DNA of 64,000 nt from an uncultured Candidatus Bathyarchaeia archaeon (GTDB lineage: Archaea > Thermoproteota > Bathyarchaeia > Bathyarchaeales > Bathycorpusculaceae): the NCBI GenBank assembly GCA_964506875.1, contig CAZDNV010000001.1, positions 4,853-68,852 on the forward strand. The letters run 5' to 3'. Positions 63,285-64,000 of this stretch are shown in pieces. The notes below the pieces were generated by a model. That model was given only the letters and a program-made list of their open reading frames with translations, was not told the origin of the DNA and made no database searches. Made by a program: the position numbers and the translations under genes. The first letter of the stretch is position 1. Each line of letters starts with the position of its first letter.

Positions 63285-64000
63285 CTGTCTCTGAATGGGA
63301 TTTCTATTTCCATGAAATCCTCGGCCACACGTGTTCTCTTAAAGACTTTTTTGGCTTGACTCAGTAGCTTATTAGGGTTATCGTATCTGGCGCTGATGTG
63401 ATTCAGGATTAGCTGTCTCACTTTAGCTTCTTTCGCGTTCTTTGCTGCTTGGCTAGGAGTTGAATGGCCATCCCGTGAAGCTCTTCTTGCTAGATCATCA
63501 CTCAGTGTAGCATCATGGATAAGCAAGTCAGCGTCAGATGAGAATTCCACGAGTTTCTTGAATGGCTTCGTATCGCCGGTGTAGACAACTTTTCTTCCAG
63601 CCCTAGGGGAACCAACTACTTGCTCAGGCTTAACGACGCGACCGTAGGGCAGTCTTACCTCCCGTCCTTGTTGAAGCTCGGACCACAAGTATCCTTTGGG
63701 GATGCCTAGAGAAGTCGCTTTATCTGGGAAGAAGACTCCAGGTCTAGGTTTCTCAACAAGCGCGTAAGCTAAGCTTGGAATCACATGATTGGCCCAAGTC
63801 GCATGTACACTGTATTCTTTTTCTTTGCAGACCACTCCTGTCCTTCTTATTTCATGAGTCTCAACAGCGAAGGATAGGGTAAACTTCACTGTCTTGGTGA
63901 TGCACTTGAGGAAATTCTCTATTCCTGGCGGCCCATAGATTTCCAGTTTTCTTTCTCGGCCAAGCAGGGCCATTGTTTGCATAAGTCCAGGCAAGCCCAA
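63281..64000 (-). CDS. rnz: ribonuclease Z (tRNA 3' endonuclease), C-terminal two thirds; the gene runs off the window
   Basis: Metallo-beta-lactamase/ELAC pattern: YTGDTKP, LIHDATL and NHISARY. The N-terminal HxHxDH part lies outside the window. Confidence 0.8.
   Translation of the reverse strand: MGLPGLMQTMALLGRERKLEIYGPPGIENFLKCITKTVKFTLSFAVETHEIRRTGVVCKEKEYSVHATWANHVIPSLAYALVEKPRPGVFFPDKATSLGIPKGYLWSELQQGREVRLPYGRVVKPEQVVGSPRAGRKVVYTGDTKPFKKLVEFSSDADLLIHDATLSDDLARRASRDGHSTPSQAAKNAKEAKVRQLILNHISARYDNPNKLLSQAKKVFKRTRVAEDFMEIEIPFRDS

Overview
Archaeal chromosomal segment. The lineage call rests on eukaryote/archaeal-type TrpRS and PheRS alpha/beta, a Sec11-type signal peptidase, type-2 MetAP, a BHB-intron tRNA, a stand-alone 5S rRNA, GGAGG-like ribosome-binding sites and frequent GTG/TTG starts. 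The finer lineage cannot be determined from this window.

Most of the window is housekeeping or metabolic:
- tldD-pmbA
- a four-subunit 2-oxoacid:ferredoxin oxidoreductase (gamma-delta-alpha-beta)
- a B12/radical-SAM protein and a HAD hydrolase
- pyrI and pyrB
- sufC and sufB/D
- glpX and an enolase-superfamily epimerase
- an ABC-2 exporter
- map, trpS, pheS and pheT
- an Lhr-type helicase
- a multi-PAS/GAF histidine kinase with a receiver protein
- RNase Z (partial)

RNA genes are tRNA-Asn(GTT), tRNA-Pro(CGG), tRNA-Trp(CCA) carrying about 93 nt of intervening sequence (a two-intron model), and a 5S rRNA.

Unusual content:
1. A translationally coupled NurA-like nuclease and HerA-like ATPase pair (3.4-7.1 kb). 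It has no mre11/rad50 nearby and is followed by a tRNA-like 3' fragment. This is the best candidate for an uncharacterised two-gene system.
2. A mobile patch at 12.2-17.4 kb. It holds an IS6-type transposase, an AbrB-like gene and a divergent proteasome-beta-like gene. tRNA-Asn there has a 25-bp exact direct repeat that delimits a roughly 2.45 kb integrated remnant. That remnant carries a second Thr1/Asp17-type Ntn-like ORF coupled to a UDG-fold-like ORF, plus a truncated tyrosine recombinase.
3. A wHTH + ATP-cone + NrdD-like protein that appears to lack both radical residues.
4. Several disrupted genes.
5. A GCGCGC-core motif almost confined to non-coding DNA.

No CRISPR array was seen. All calls come from reading the sequence and ORF translations by eye; no database search was run.
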